Source: Nemertoderma westbladi
Taxonomy: Eukaryota > Animalia > Xenacoelomorpha
Direction of reading: 5' to 3'
NCBI GenBank assembly: GCA_032718475.1
Contig: JAUCBJ010005821.1
Span: 1 to 60,392 of the forward strand
Length of the DNA stretch: 60,392 bases
The notes under the pieces are model-generated. The model saw nothing but the letters and a program-made list of their open reading frames with translations. It made no database searches and was not told where the DNA came from. The number at the start of each line of letters is the position of its first letter. Position 1 is the first letter of the stretch. Position numbers and translations under genes: made by a program. Shown here one piece after another: positions 24,001 through 39,000 of this stretch.

Positions 24001-27000
24001 AAATCTGTTTTAACATTGAATACATTAATAGAGTAAGACCAATCTGCCAATGTAATTCATTGAATCAGAATAAATTATTTATTATCGGTTTAACTCACTC
24101 ATCCGGTAATGTTGTTGATTTATCTATTGTGGGACTTCGAGCAGCACGTGAACAACTAAACCAGCACGTTAACTAGTCTGGGGCTTCGAGCAGCACGTGA
24201 ACAACTAAACTGGCTGGTTAACAAGTCTGGGACTTCGAGCAGCACGTAAACAACTAAGCTGACTGGTTAACTAGTCTGGTACATGTCTGGGACAGATATA
24301 GCAGTATAGGCAGAAGCATTATACTATACACCTATTGTTATTACAGTAGGCTTACCTGCGATATATTTTACTATCAGTTCCCTGCTATATTGTTATATTT
24401 ATAATGTTCTGATGTAATTATAACTGATACAAGCAAATAATAAATGTTCTTTACATTTTACTGATAGAAGTTAAGCCAAATCCCCCGATCCCCCCCCCCC
24501 CTCCTCAATTTGCAATTTTGTTCGAAGTCCCAGACTATAGTTAACCAGTCAGCTTAGTTGTTCACGTGCTGCTCGAAGCTCCCAGACTAGTTAACCGTGC
24601 TGCTTTAGTTGTTCACGTGCTGCTCGAAGTCCCAGACTAGTTAACCAGTCAGCTTAGTTGTTCACGTGCTGCTCGAAGTCCCAGACTAGTTAACCAGTCA
24701 GCTTAGTTGTTCACGTGCTGCTCGAAGTCCCAGACTAGTTAACCAGTCTGGTTTGTTGTTCACGTGCTGCTCGAAGTCCCAGACTAGGTAACAGCCAGTT
24801 TAGTTGTTCACGTGCTGCTCGATGCCCCAGACTAGTTAACGTGCAGGTTTAGTTGTTCACGTGCTGCTCGAAGTCCCAGAATAGATAAAACAACAACAAT
24901 AACGGATGAGTGAGTTAAACCGATAAGAAATAATTTATTCTGATTCAATGAATTACATTTAGTCTTACTCTATTCATGTATTCAACGTTAAAACAGATTT
25001 GAATTTACCGCCAAAATATAGGTAGCAGATATGATCTGCCACCCTTTCCAGTACAAATTACATGTCTTTCAATCATTTGAATTTCCCGCGCTATGGAGCA
25101 GGGTGGCACCTTTTAGGGACTTGTGGCCAATAGGCAGCAGTTGGAAGTAATATATATGTAGCTGTATTTATAGGAACAATATGAAGAAGCACAATAAGTA
25201 GCCTACAAGCTGGTTGTATGTAATGGCAAACAATTGTGTTAGGGAATTAATTAAAAAGTTTATTGATATAGAATGTATTATTGAAGGTATTTATTAAAAA
25301 GCTGCAATAGCAATGTACTGGTAGAAATGTTCGTAGTTACTGTAGGCCTAGTGTGGCAGGGAAGGCCTATTTCCCTCCTACACTGCTGCCTGCTGTCTTG
25401 CCAGCCCGGTTCTGGGGTTTGTAATACCGGTGCAAGAAAAAACGAATGCCTGAATGCAGGAATGTACGGTCTAGGCTGGTTGGAATGGTAGGTAGAAGTT
25501 TTGAAAGCAACGGTTATCGTTGTGGTGGTAGCTACCGACGGTCAGACGCTAGGTATGTAAAAGCTGTAGCAGTGACCTCAGTACGGTTGATCCATACCGG
25601 TCTGTACTGGTAACAATTTGGTCAGTAGTTGTAATTACCGGCCTGCCGATATACTACTACTACTAGGTCAAGCGAACTCGGACAGTGGAAATGAGATCCA
25701 TCCAGGCTTCCCGATTCTCCATAGTTATCGCAATTTCGTTTCTCCCAAGTTCAGTATCCCTTTCAAGTTGATCTATATATGTTATGGCCAGTCGTCCACG
25801 ACTACGCTTTCCATGAGTTGGTTGCCAGAGAAGTAGATCTGGTATGACATCGTCTTTACTTCGCCAGCAGTGCCCACTGAATCTTAATCTGCATTCACGG
25901 AGGGTGGTTGATACAGGTGGTATTGTACCTTAAAGCTCGGCGTTTGTCGTGTGTTGTTTTCAGCTGATGTTTAGGGCTGCCCTTAGTAGTCTTGCGTAGC
26001 AACCATCAATTCGTTATTCAAATGATTTAGTCAGTGTCCAGGTCTCACCCCCGTATAAAAATACACTTTCCACTGTGGCTCGAAAGAACTTAGTCTTCAG
26101 GTGCCTGGGGAGATCTGATTTCCAGATGGTATCCATTTTTGATAGAGCTACCCAAGCCTTTGCTTTCCTAACTTCTATGTCCTTTTTGCTACTCTCTATC
26201 CATGATCCAAAAGGTACTGGAAGTCATCGACCTTCCTTAGATGATTATTATCAATGGTTGTCAAGTTTCCATCAACATTAAAGGTCATGAATTCGGTCTT
26301 TGTAGCATTTATATGCAATCCAACCTCCTTATCAGCCCTCTCCACTTTATTTAGTAGAAGCTGTGCCTTCTGCTAGCGTATTAGAGAGCAGGGCGATGAC
26401 ATCCGCAAAGTCGGTGTCTGTGACTGTAGTTGCTGGATATCTACTACTTCTGCGTTCTTGAAGTGTGAATCCCAGATCTTCACCCTTTGTGGCCGTCCTC
26501 ATTGCGTAATTCACCACAATTACAAACAGTAATGGTGCTAATGTGCCACCTTGCAGTACGCCAGCCTGGATTGAGAAAAACTCAGTTTCACCATCTGGTG
26601 AGAGTACCTGTGCTTCTGTGTCACAATATAACAATCCAATGCCAGCAACAATTACTTCTGGTATTCCATAAGCTCTTAGGATTTCAAGCCTTTTACCTCT
26701 ATGGATGGAGTCGAATGCCTTCTTGAAGTCCACAAAAGTCATGACTGCGGGGAGATTCTTTGACTTAATTCCTTCAATCAGTCTCCGTAGTGCAAGTATC
26801 TGAGCTATTGTTGATCTACTTGGTCGAAATCTGTTTTGGCTCTTATGCAGTAGTTTCTCTATGTGAGACCTAATCCTATATAGAATCATTTTATTGTATA
26901 TTTTGGCAGCTACCACAAGCAGGCAGATCCCACGATAGTTTGTTGGTATGCCAAGGTCTCCATTCTTGGGGAGAGGCTTTAGTTGACATTTAGTCCAAAT

Positions 27001-30000
27001 TGGTGGTGGCTTTTCCCCTTTTAACATCCGGTTGCAAACATTCAATAATGGTCTGTTTAGCACTCTGGTTTTCCATACCTCTGCTGGGATTTCATCTAAT
27101 CCACTCGCTTTATTATTGGACATGCTTTTAATGCTTCTTTGGAGTTCGGAGTTGATATTTTCCTTGTAGGGCTGACCTCAATGTTTGGTGGCTGCCCAAG
27201 CAAGTTGCTGAAGTGATTTTCCACTTCCCAACACGTTCTTAAGGACTATCAGCTTTGAGGCGCCCCTTTGCACAACTTTTCCGACCAGATACCTCATTTA
27301 CAGTTTGCCAGGTAAGTCTTGATTGTTAGTGTATGTGAGCAGTTGTAATTGCTTCAGTTTTATCCTGTATGTACTTTTCCTGACTGATTTTGTAGGCTAA
27401 TTTAAGATCGTCCTTAGCTTTCTCAACCTTGTTAATGTTTTCGGTTGTTCGGTTTTAAATTTGTAGGAAATCTTAAGATCTTCTCTCTTACAAGTAACCT
27501 CAGAGTTTTGCCATGGCACATACTGTTTTCGTTTGGGTTTCTGGGGGACATGCCTCTTAGCTGATTCCTTGTGGGCTGTTATTTTATTTTGGTATATTGA
27601 ATTGATGGATTGGTCTTCATCCATTGACTGAAGTGCTTCAAAGCGGTTTTGAAGTTCTAGTGTATAAGCATCCTTTACAGCATTGTCAGTTCTGAGTTTC
27701 TCCCAGTCATATTTGATTTGCTTGCTTGTCCTGGGTTTACTGGTTCTCAACCTGAGTCTGATCTTTGCAGTCACAATTCTGTGGTCCGAACCAATTAGGT
27801 TGAACGAGCTGTATGCCTCGCAGTTGATCATGCTGTTTCTCCACTTTTTATTTATAAGGATGTAATCCAGTTGTGCTTAGGTTCCATTAGGGTATTGAAA
27901 GGCTTCCCCTTACTCTTTTCGAATGTGTTGTTTGTTGGTATCAATTCACATTCTTCCATTAGGTCTAAAAGTAAGTACCCATTTCTGTTAGAACTGGTGT
28001 TATAGGTGTAACCCTTGATGTCTTCTGGGCCAATTTGCGCATTCAGGTCACCAGCAATTATTCGACATTGTGTTTCGGAATGTCCTTTATACTGTCCTTT
28101 AACTGCTTGTCCTGGCTCTGATGCATTGGTTGGACTGTAGTAACATATAACTGTTGTCTTGGGATTCCCATCAAATGTTGCGATCATAACCCTGGAATTT
28201 ATAGATTCGATGTTGTTTAGGGTCTTAAGTGCAAATGGGCATAGCATAATTCCTACTCCACCAATTGATGTATTGGCCGAGTTTCTTAATGCTGAGCTTG
28301 TTACTAACGTCCATCCATTTCCAATGTCATTGTACTTCATGGCAGTGTCTTCATGACAAATCCGATGTTCTTGGATGCAGATGATGTCGATGTTATATTC
28401 CATTGCCAGAGCGACCATGTCACTCTGTTTGGTAAGTGCTTTCAGCCTGCGTGCGTTCATTGTAGCAATCTTTATTGTCTTTTTACATTTCAACAGGTTG
28501 GTTCTTCTTTCTTCTCTGTCTTCTGTTACAGTAGCCAATTTATCGACCCCAGTCTGGTGTACCACTGATGGACGCGGTCCTTGACCCGGGCGACGACCGA
28601 GCCGGTATTTCTCCTGGAGGGTTCTCATACTCATATCTTTCAGTTGCGGGAGTAAACCGCTTGTGGTCGCAACTCCTACAAGCGTCTTCGCAGTAGGTCG
28701 CCATTGGTTGATTACCTTCCGCCGACCTTGTCAGCATGTCTAGCCATTGGTTGATTACCTTCCACCTATCCATGGCCTACAGCCCTGCTGCCGACTGTAG
28801 GGGTCCTTTTGTTACACCCTGAACCAAGTGTGCCTCCTGGGATAGGTTACCTAACACTGGTATAGGAGCATCCAGTATAGACAGGGCGGGGCGTGTATCA
28901 TCTCTAATGCAGATGCGTATCAAGCCTTTTCCTTCAATGGTGCCCTAGGCGCTATAGCCCTCAATGACTTATTTAGTTGACGGGGCTAAACCAACCCACT
29001 CTTGATCAACTAAATAATGAATAGGCTATGCTTATCGGGCCTGCCCTACTGGGCTGACAGCTACAGGTAGTACCACATTACTGCCATAGTGGTAGCAGGA
29101 TCTGGGGACCTGACCTGACCTGACCTGCCGATGTAGAATCAAATCAATAGGCCTAATCAAAGCAGCAATGCGTTCATTAAATAAATCATTATAGAATATA
29201 TAGAATAAAATATAGAATATATATATAATAATAGTTTAATCTTGGGTTTGATAATGTGGCTAAAATTATGATTAGGTTTGATTCAAACCTAATTATTGAT
29301 TAAAATTTTCTTTTCTCATTTTGAGTTTAAGGGGGGGGGGGGGGGGGGGGGGGGGGTACACCATTTTCGGACAACTCTTCGATTTATCACTCTCAGCGTT
29401 TCAAAATTGTTTGGTTTTGGATATAATTTGGAATATAAGTGCCTAAGATGCTATTCTACATGACAGGTTAGAAAATTTTTATTTTTCACTATTTAATATT
29501 AGTTAATACTAGTTAACAACAAAAAAACTTGGTTGCGCTTAAAACCATAAGGCTTTTTCAGTTTTGAATCTAATCACATGAAAGTTTTTTTATATGATAG
29601 ATCAAAGATGGGGCAACATAACTATCAGGCAAAATTTTGTGAAAATAATTCTGCACCGCTAGGTGGCGCTGCAAATTTATGCCTAATTTTTAGGTTTGTT
29701 ATAAATAGTATTAAATTTTATTAACAAATAATTTCGAAAAGTTGTCTAATACTTTTATGCAGGGTGGCTATGTAGACACCCACAGAAAGTTTCAGACTAA
29801 TTGCTCAAAAATTGTAGAAGTAGTAGGGTTTTGAAGTTGACAATTTCATAAAAAAAATATTTGGAGATAATCGACCTTTCATTATACATAGTAATAGTAA
29901 TTTCAATTGGAATCCCTAAATGGAAATTGTTATAACTTAAAAACTAAAAGAGCTGTTAAATAGCGGTTTTCAGATTTGGAAACACCATTTAATGGTGCAT

Positions 30001-33000
30001 TATAATAGATTATAAAAAAAATTTCGACATATTTTTAAATATTCTTAAATCATTCTTTATCGCCCTATCGGGTAGTGCATGAAGACACTATATCATTAAT
30101 TTTTATTTATTTAATTTAATTTAGAGATTATTAGCGGATAGTACTAGATCGTGACAACAGTCGAAAACAGGCGAAAACAGTTGGAATTTAGGGAAAACAG
30201 TCGAAAACCGTTAGATCGTTTAAAAATAATCATCCATGCATTCAGGTGAAAAGAGATCGAAGTTAACTAGGTGTAATAATACATTTAAAATTTAGTGGCA
30301 TTTAAAATGTCGCTAACTTATGATGTCGTTAAATTAAGATGACGCTCTACCCATGTACAATAACACTGCTCATATCAGTGCCCGTACTGCCGTACCGGTA
30401 CCTGTTGTAGTTACTGTGTCCGTACCGGTTGGGAAGTACCGTATTGAATTTATTATTATTGCAGAGATGCACTTTATTGATTGTTATACAGTAGTAGTAG
30501 CTAGTACTGTAGGCCTAAGTCTGAACTCCATGTCTGTAAGAACGATACTAGGAACATAAAATACATAGCTCATAGGCCTATTTCATTTTCAGCATTAAAT
30601 AATTTTGTTTGTTCTGATAATGGCGAAACCGCTGGAAGCGAAGATACCGGAACTTCGTACTTCAACTTCTTCTTCTATCGGTGCCGGTACGGGTGCCTGT
30701 ATAATAGACTTACTGAATACTATACGTCAAGTACATCCGTATTGTGTCAAGTACAATGCACACATCTCCAACCAGACACTATATAACATTGGAGGTGTCT
30801 CATTGGTTCCCCCAAGCTTAACACTAGAACAAAATCGCCTCCGCTTTGCAGGACATTGCTTTCGCCGTGAGGACCAGCCAGTGCATAATCTTGTACTTTG
30901 GCAGCCTCATGGAGTGAATAAGCATGGTGGACAGCCCATGACTTTCTTGAGACGCATCTTAAAGGACACTGGCCTTAAAGATGCGGATGATCTAGCAAAT
31001 GTCATGGGTGATAGGGAGTTGTGGCGGCGCAATTTTATCGACAAGCCGGCACAGCATTCTTAAAAATGCAGCTGCAATGCAGCATGCCGATACTAGTAGT
31101 AGAATACTATACTCTGTAGGCTTACTGCAGTACTGGAGTATTCCATAATCATGCAACGGGTAATCAATGTTATTGTACATGGGTTATGGGTAGAACGTCA
31201 TCTTAAGTTAGCGACATTATAAATGCCACTAAATTTTAAATCTATTATTAAACCTAGGTAACTTCGATATCTCTTTTCACCTGGATGCATGGATGATTAT
31301 TTTTAAACGATCTAACTGTTTTCGTCTGTTTTCCCTACATTCCAACTGTTTTCGCATTGTTTCGCCTGTTTTCGACTGTTGTCACTATCTAGTACTATCC
31401 ATTACTACCCGACTTTTATTGACTTTGTCATCTTTGGTCCCTACAACCACCATTACCACATCGTCTCTGTCCAGGTAGGAGTTGTATATGTATTCGTCTC
31501 TCCAGCGCTCAAGGGATTTGAATGACTTGGGGCTGGTGATGTCGTAGAGTAGGAAACAAACAGGAACATCGGCGAAGAATGACATGTGGGGTCCCAACTT
31601 GGTCCTCTCAGTACCCCCTACTACTACTACAGGATCGGCATGCTGCATTGCACCTGCATTTTTAAGAATGCTGTGCCGGCTTATCGACAAAATTGCACCG
31701 CCACAACTCCCTATCACCCATGACATTTGCTAGATCATCCGCATCTTCAAGGCCAGTGTCCTTTAAGATGCGTCTCAAGAAAGTCCTGGGCTGTCCACCA
31801 TGCTTATTTACTCCATAAGGCTGCCAAAGTACAAGATTATGCACTGGCTGGTCCTCACGGCGAAAGCAATGTCCTGCAAAGCGGAGGCGATTTTGTTCTA
31901 GTGTCAAGCTTGGGGGAACCAATGAGACACCTTCAATGTTATATAGTGTCTGGTTGGAGATGTGTGCATTGTACTTGACACAATGAACCCGGCGTAACAT
32001 TCTTGTGAAGGTGCCATCCAGAGATTTGGTGTCCTCAGCAGTTAGAGCCCAGCATGGACTCCCACAGAGGAGTACTGGAACTACTGCTGCTCTAAATAAT
32101 CGGACCTTAATTGTCCGATTAATTCTCGGTGACTTCCAAATCCTGGAAAGCCTATTCAAGGCTGCCCATGCATTTCCCTTACGTATTCGAAGGTCCTCAC
32201 CTGACTTCCGGATCCATGATCCCAGGTAACAGAAGTCATCCACATGCTCAAGCATACCATCTTTTGAGCTTATGCTCATCCGATCAGAGACTTGCTGAGG
32301 ACATTCAAAGTTAACTGTCAAAACTTTAGTCTTTCTGGAGTTAATAAAAAGACGGAGTTAATAAAAAGACCAACACTAGAAGCAGCATGTTCTAATGAAC
32401 TGAGGAGCCGTTGGGCTCCCTCTAGTGATTCTGAGAGTACTCCTAAGTCATCAGCAAAGTCTAGATCAGTTAGGTACTTGGCAGGATTTCCTCAACTTCT
32501 GGAGCCAGTAGGTGGAGTTATCATCACCCCATCATCATTATGATGATCTAAGAACATGCGTAGAACATAGTCAACAACAATTATGAACAAGAATGGTGCA
32601 AGTGTGTCTCCTTGGAGGACGCCCCATAACACTTCAAATGGTTCTGTGTCACCGTCAACAGTAGACACAAATGTTGTCGAACCATCGTATACTGATCTGA
32701 TTGCTGCAATAATTTCATCAGGAATCCCATATAATGAAAGTATGCTGAACATGCGTGAGCGAGAGACTGAATCAAAGGCCTTGAAGAAGTCAACAAAGAT
32801 AACAGCCAGATGCCTGTCTTTCTTTTTTGATAACTCTTCAATTATCCTTCTAAGTGCCAAAATGGGCTCCATGGTCCCACGACTTTTAGGGAACCCATTC
32901 TGATTTCCACGGAGCAGTCTCTCATTGGGATCCCTGATGCGATTTAATAGAATTGTATTGTATAGCTTTGCAGCAATTGAGATCAATGAGATTCCCCGAA

Positions 33001-36000
33001 AAGAACCATAGAGTGTTAGGTTGCCCTTCTTGGGAACTGGCACCAACTTATTTGTTCTCATTTCTTGTGGGACTCTTGTTGTTCGGTACATGTCTACTAT
33101 GATGGGATAGATGAGCTTTAAACACTCAGGTATTTTAAAGACCTCAGGGGGAACACCATCTACTCCACTGGCACGATTGGTCTTAATGCTCTTTGCAGCA
33201 GCCTTCACTTCTGCAAAGGAGATATCACCAGTGGGAATATCTGAGAGTACAGACTCAGACACTTTTACTTCTATAAAGTTATCAGGCAATACCCTGTCAT
33301 TATTGAGGAGCTTTTCAAAGTGGGCCTTCCAACCATTGGGGCGCTCGCCAGTACCCCCTGGTACACGACTCTGTAACAAAAGACAGTTGTTTCATGGACT
33401 TCACACTTATTCTGTAACTAAATAAACTGTAACTAAATATCAAAATGTAATTGTTTGTTATGTTGTACATTGTTAGCGATATGTATTATTATTATAGATG
33501 TAGTATGATTACCGGTACCTTAATAAGAATTCTTTGTCCACAGATGTCCATGTAGTTTCTGTAGTTGATCAGAGGCAGACTCCCACTCCTCTTAGACATC
33601 TCATATTCGCCCTCGCAAACATAACACCATGCCATAGAAGTCTTACCCACCCTAATATATAATTGGACATTACTAACAAATATTATATAATGTAGGCCCA
33701 ACTGTGGAAGAATATAACAGGTTCCAAATTAATCTTCTTCTAGGTTCCAAAAATTTTAGTGTTACACCAATTCATAATTTTTAATTTTCTTTATAAGAAT
33801 TACTGGCCATGAAAGTGGAAAATTCCATTGAGGAGGGCACCACTATGCACTAGTCTACATTTTGGACCATTTTTAGCAAATCCTATACATATTGTTTCTT
33901 TGAAAATGATGAAGAACATTGATCTTAATTGATATAACAAAAAGTTCTAGAACAATTTTTATTCGTCCTATAAAAATTTTTCAATTCTTTGCTATTTTTG
34001 GAAAATATTCCTCAACATGATTATATCTATTATTAAAAAAAAATAATGTTATAACATTTTTGAGTTTATGCGATCTGTTAAAGGAATTTGCTTGGTCATT
34101 ATTTCCTCGACCAGGATTGCAGGATTCATCATTATGTCAAAGTATATGGATTAGGCTTCTCGACTTTATCCCTCTCTTTCTCTTTTTAGGAGTGTGTGCT
34201 TTAGTGTGGAGGTTCACAAACGTTTTTATTGCTAAGACAGCAATTTAATTATTAAACAAACATACATGTTTTTGAAAACGATAACATAATAATAACACTA
34301 GCTACCATGAATATATCACAAACCACCATCACGTAATACAAGTGCAAAACTTAGTTGAACCATGAGCAAAATGCATCAGAAAATAGCTTGAAAAGTTAGG
34401 TAAAAATGTCGACCCATACTTTATGTACTGTAGTGCAGTAGTGGTACCGGTACTATGGCTGTTTAACTCTCCGACAGTCTCCGATAATTGATATGTCAAC
34501 CTGAATGTCGTGTGGTGGTATGTGTTGGTCACCCCGGTTCGATCAAACTGACATCGCATCTCTTCCAGCTGTTTACTTTCATCTGGAGGCTTCGGTTTAC
34601 CAATGCGAGACCCCGATCTTGACTCAGACTTGGACTTTCTCGACCCCTTATTTCAAGAACTGGCTCTAGAACTACCTATACTCTTGCCCCCTTTCGGTCT
34701 TCCAGCTGGGGTTAGACTTATGCCTATTATCGGGGTGCCAACTGGGGTTCTTGGACTACCTCTACTCGCGCCCCTGTTCGGTGAACCAGCTGGGATTCCT
34801 TGACTCCTGCCCGTATTGGAGGTTGCGACTGGGGTTCTGCGACTACCTCTAGAACTGGCTCTAGAACTAGCTCTACTCATACTCCTTGTTGGGGATCCAG
34901 TTGGGGTAAGGAATTGCGGCCCTTGCCCTTCAGCCACTTTATTTTGTACAACCCTTTTTATTAGTAATTTATAGTAGGCCCCTACTTATGTAGAAACTTT
35001 GATTCTAGAACGATTATCAAAATTTCAATCCTGTACCTTTTATCCTGAATTATTACTATTTGCAATCAATGTTGCCAATCAATTTGTTTTCCTCTATAAC
35101 CCACTAACAGATTGTTACATTTAATTAATAGAACTAGTAATTAATAGAACTAGAACGCAGCAATTATCAATGCTATGGTTTACATTACAGCATTACATAA
35201 TCTGTCAGCGGCTACGATAAATCCAAGGTGTACTAAATAACCTATTTAGTACACCTTGGATAAATCACTCTACTAGTACATTTGTTAATTAGCAAGTCGT
35301 AAGACTTGATTTCTGTAAGAAAAAAGAGCTTCTGACTGCTGACTAGTACTACTGACCTAGAGCAAATACAGCTCTAACGATTTTAATGAATTTTTACATG
35401 AACCATGAAAATAGATTTCTATGGGTACTTGTGAAATCGCGGTTTAAATTGAAACATAGGGTCGAAGATCGGCGCTGTTCACACTAGCAGAGTTAGTTTA
35501 GTAAAGACTTTAGGGGGTCACGTTATCGAGGTTAAACGAGATCTCGTCTGAGATGGGGTTCCAAGGAATCCCCGCCACGCGAATTGGAAGACTCTCCTCG
35601 TTGCATGTGGGGTTCATTGACCTCCTCTTGTGGAGGTTCATCGAAGCGCGAGTTAGCAGTTCATTGAGAGTTTCTCTGAGTATGTTAACACCACATCATC
35701 GACGTTGTAGTTTTGAGAGAGTCCTTCAATGTAGAAATGCCAGTTGCCGAAGGGAGTGCAACTAAGGATTATGATTTTCTTAAGGTAGAAAGTGAAAAAC
35801 GTTTATTTATTGCACGCAATAACTGAGTTTATTTAATATTGGGATAATATGGAGATACAAGGAGGAAAACAATTAATTCAGTAGACTTTGCAGCAGGGGT
35901 TTGCACAATGTACCAGGTTGTCGACTCGAGAGTGAGGAAAAAGTGGCGAGCAGCTCCTTAAATACCTTCTCTGGAAGCGATCTGATTAGGTAGCTAAGGA

Positions 36001-39000
36001 GACTGGTGAGTGGCCAGTCTGTAACTTTTTGTTCCAAAATGTGGGAACACTCCCGCTAGAGGTGTGTATAGGAGCTCTATGCTTGACGTGTATATATTAT
36101 GTATGTATATACTTGACGGTTAGAAATCCTATGCCTATAAGAATGAGGCATTATTATTGCCCGATTCATACTTTACCTATACTTTTATCAATTTTCAGAA
36201 GGATGTCTTAACAAGAACAGCATTCCAATGTTCGTTGAGTCGTCAGACTGTGAAGGTATCGAATGCTCCAACTACTACACTGGAACAAACTCTAAATTGC
36301 AGAGTCAGTTTGCCGATTTAAGAGTTGCATGTTTTGCAAGATTAGTTTGTCCTGAAAGCGAGGTAATTATTGTCCTTGCTGTATTGTAATCTTTTATCCT
36401 ATATTTATTGTTTCAGACAGCCTGTTGGAAAAAGTAAACAGTAAACTTCTTATAATAGAAATGTAAAAGGGAAACGTGTCTAACTTTTTACAATTCTTTA
36501 GGTATTCTTAAATTTAAATGATTTAAATGATGTTCTACAAATTTTTTCCCATGCAATATGTAATTTTTTAATTTTTCTCAAATTGGAACGTTTACAAAAG
36601 AAATTTGAACTACATTATTTCACTACAGTATGTAGCTTCCATAGTTACTGCGATTCCATTTACTTTACTTTTATAATCCTGATGCTGCCTCATTCAATGT
36701 TAAATAAATTAATGTTATGGAATATTATACCTATATTTATTTATAGAGAGCAGCTCAAATACATAAAAGTAGTAAAACCTATATATTTGATATTGAGTTG
36801 TTTTGACATAACCCCTATAAAATCAATTTAATCCTATGGGGTCCAGTACTACTATTATCTCTCAAAAAAGTACTCGTTTTCGCCCAATTTTGGAACATAT
36901 TCGTGGGAAAAAGTAACAATTTAAGAATAACAGAATTGTTTTATTTTTTCTCAATTATTCATAGATTTATTGTATAAATTGTATAAGTATGCTAACATAA
37001 CAGTCTTATTCCCTTTTTATGAGATATAAAAGTAAATTATTTAACTTTATATAATGCTATTGGTGCTAAATTGGTGTTGATATATTGCATTTGTTTAGGT
37101 TACCATAGTTTCATTAAATGGAGATCTTTCTTGTCAAACTCAATGTGAATCAGGTTATCCTAACTGTGTTGATAAATTCTGCACTGCTGGGTATGAACCG
37201 AGATGGGATCGAACCTGCCAAAGTAAGTCCTAATTAACTGAACACATAAGATGTTAAGTAGAGATGTACTGTTTCATCTTATATTCTTCTATAAGCGGTT
37301 TTTAACAGCACGTAACAGTGTTGTTAAAAAAAAAACGAAAGATACAAATGAAATCCTTAAATTATCAAAGGGATAGATAAATATTGCGAATTTTATTTAG
37401 AGTATTGATTTGATACAATTATTATACTAAAATTATTTTGAGGCATCTTTTGAAGTAAGTTGTGGGGGTAAAAATAAATAAGATATAATGGTGTAATAAT
37501 GATTTAAAATTTTCTTCGGATTACAAGTTTTCGCTATTCTCATGAATATTCTTGTTAATTAATTTATTCGAATATTATTTTTTATATTTAGGAGTTGATT
37601 GTAACAGAGACAATGATAACTGCCAATGTGGGAACGAATGGGATCCCTTCAGTTGTCATTGCGATATTACATTTTCTCCCGATGGTAATGGATATTGTAC
37701 ACAAATATGCAATCAAGCCAATGACATTAATTGCAATGTAAGAATAATTGTTTAACAATCTTATTAGTAATATTAGTTTGTCTTGTCTACTACTACTAGG
37801 ATCGGCATGCTGCATTGCAGTAGCATTTTTAAGAATGCTGTGCCGGCTTGTCGACAAAATCTCCACATAATGGCCACAACTCCCTCTCACCCATGACATT
37901 TGCTAGATCATCCGCATCTTCAAGACCAGTGTCCTTTAAGATGCGTTTCAAGAAAGTCAGGGACTGTCCACCATGCTTATTCATTCCTTGAGGCTGCCAA
38001 CGCACAAGATTATGCACAGGCTGGTCCTCATGGCGAAAGGAATGTCCTGCAAAGCGGAGGCGACTTTGTTCTAGTGTCAAGTTTGGGGGAACGAATGAGA
38101 CACCTCCAATGTTATATAGTGTCTGATTGGAGATGTCTGCATTTGTACTTGACACAATGAACCCGGCGTAGCATTCTTGTGAATGTGTCATCCAGAGATT
38201 TGGTGTCCTCAGCGGTTAGAGCCCAGCATGGACTCCCATAGAGGAGTACTGGAACTACTACTGCTCAAAATAATCGGATCTTAAGTTTCCGATTAATTCT
38301 CGGTGACTTCCAAATCCTGAAAAGCCTATACAAGGCTGCCCAAGCCTTTCTCTTACGAATTCGAAGGTCATCACTTGACGTCCACATGCTCGATCATACC
38401 ATCCTTTGAGCTTATGCTCATCCGGTCAGAGACTTGCTGAGGACTTTCAAAGTTAACTGTCAAAATTTTGGAATTTTTGGAGTTAATAAAAAGAACAACA
38501 CTAGAAGCAGCGTGTTCTAATGAGGTGAGGGGCCGTTGGGCTCCCTCTAGTGATTCTGAGAGTACTCCTAAGTCATCAGCAAAGTCTAGATCAGTTAGGT
38601 ACTTGGCAGGATTTCCTCAACTTCTGGAGCCAGTAGGTGGAGTTATCATCACCCCATCATCATTATGATGATCTAAGGACATGCATAGAACATAGTCAAC
38701 AACAATTACGAACAAGAATGGTGCAAGTGTGTCTCCCTGGAGGACGCCCCATAACACTTCAAATGGTTCTGTGTCACCATAAACAGTAGACACAAATGTT
38801 GTAGAACCATCGTATACTGATCTGATTGCTGCAATAATTTCATCAGGAATCCCATATAATGAAAGTACGCTGAACATACGTGAGTGAGTGAGAGTACCCT
38901 CTTTACGTTTCAAAAGACGAAATATTAATAATAATAGGACGATTGAAAGTGAAACATCCCAACATCATGTACTGTTGTTTAATCGGCGCTAAATGATGGA

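Noticed and set aside
28640-29123. HDV-like ribozyme expected in an RTE 5' UTR
   Set aside because: Could not build a nested double pseudoknot by eye; needs a descriptor or covariance-model search
35476-36049. Possible solo LTR (TGTTC…GAACA)
   Set aside because: No matching 4-6 bp TSD and no partner in the window
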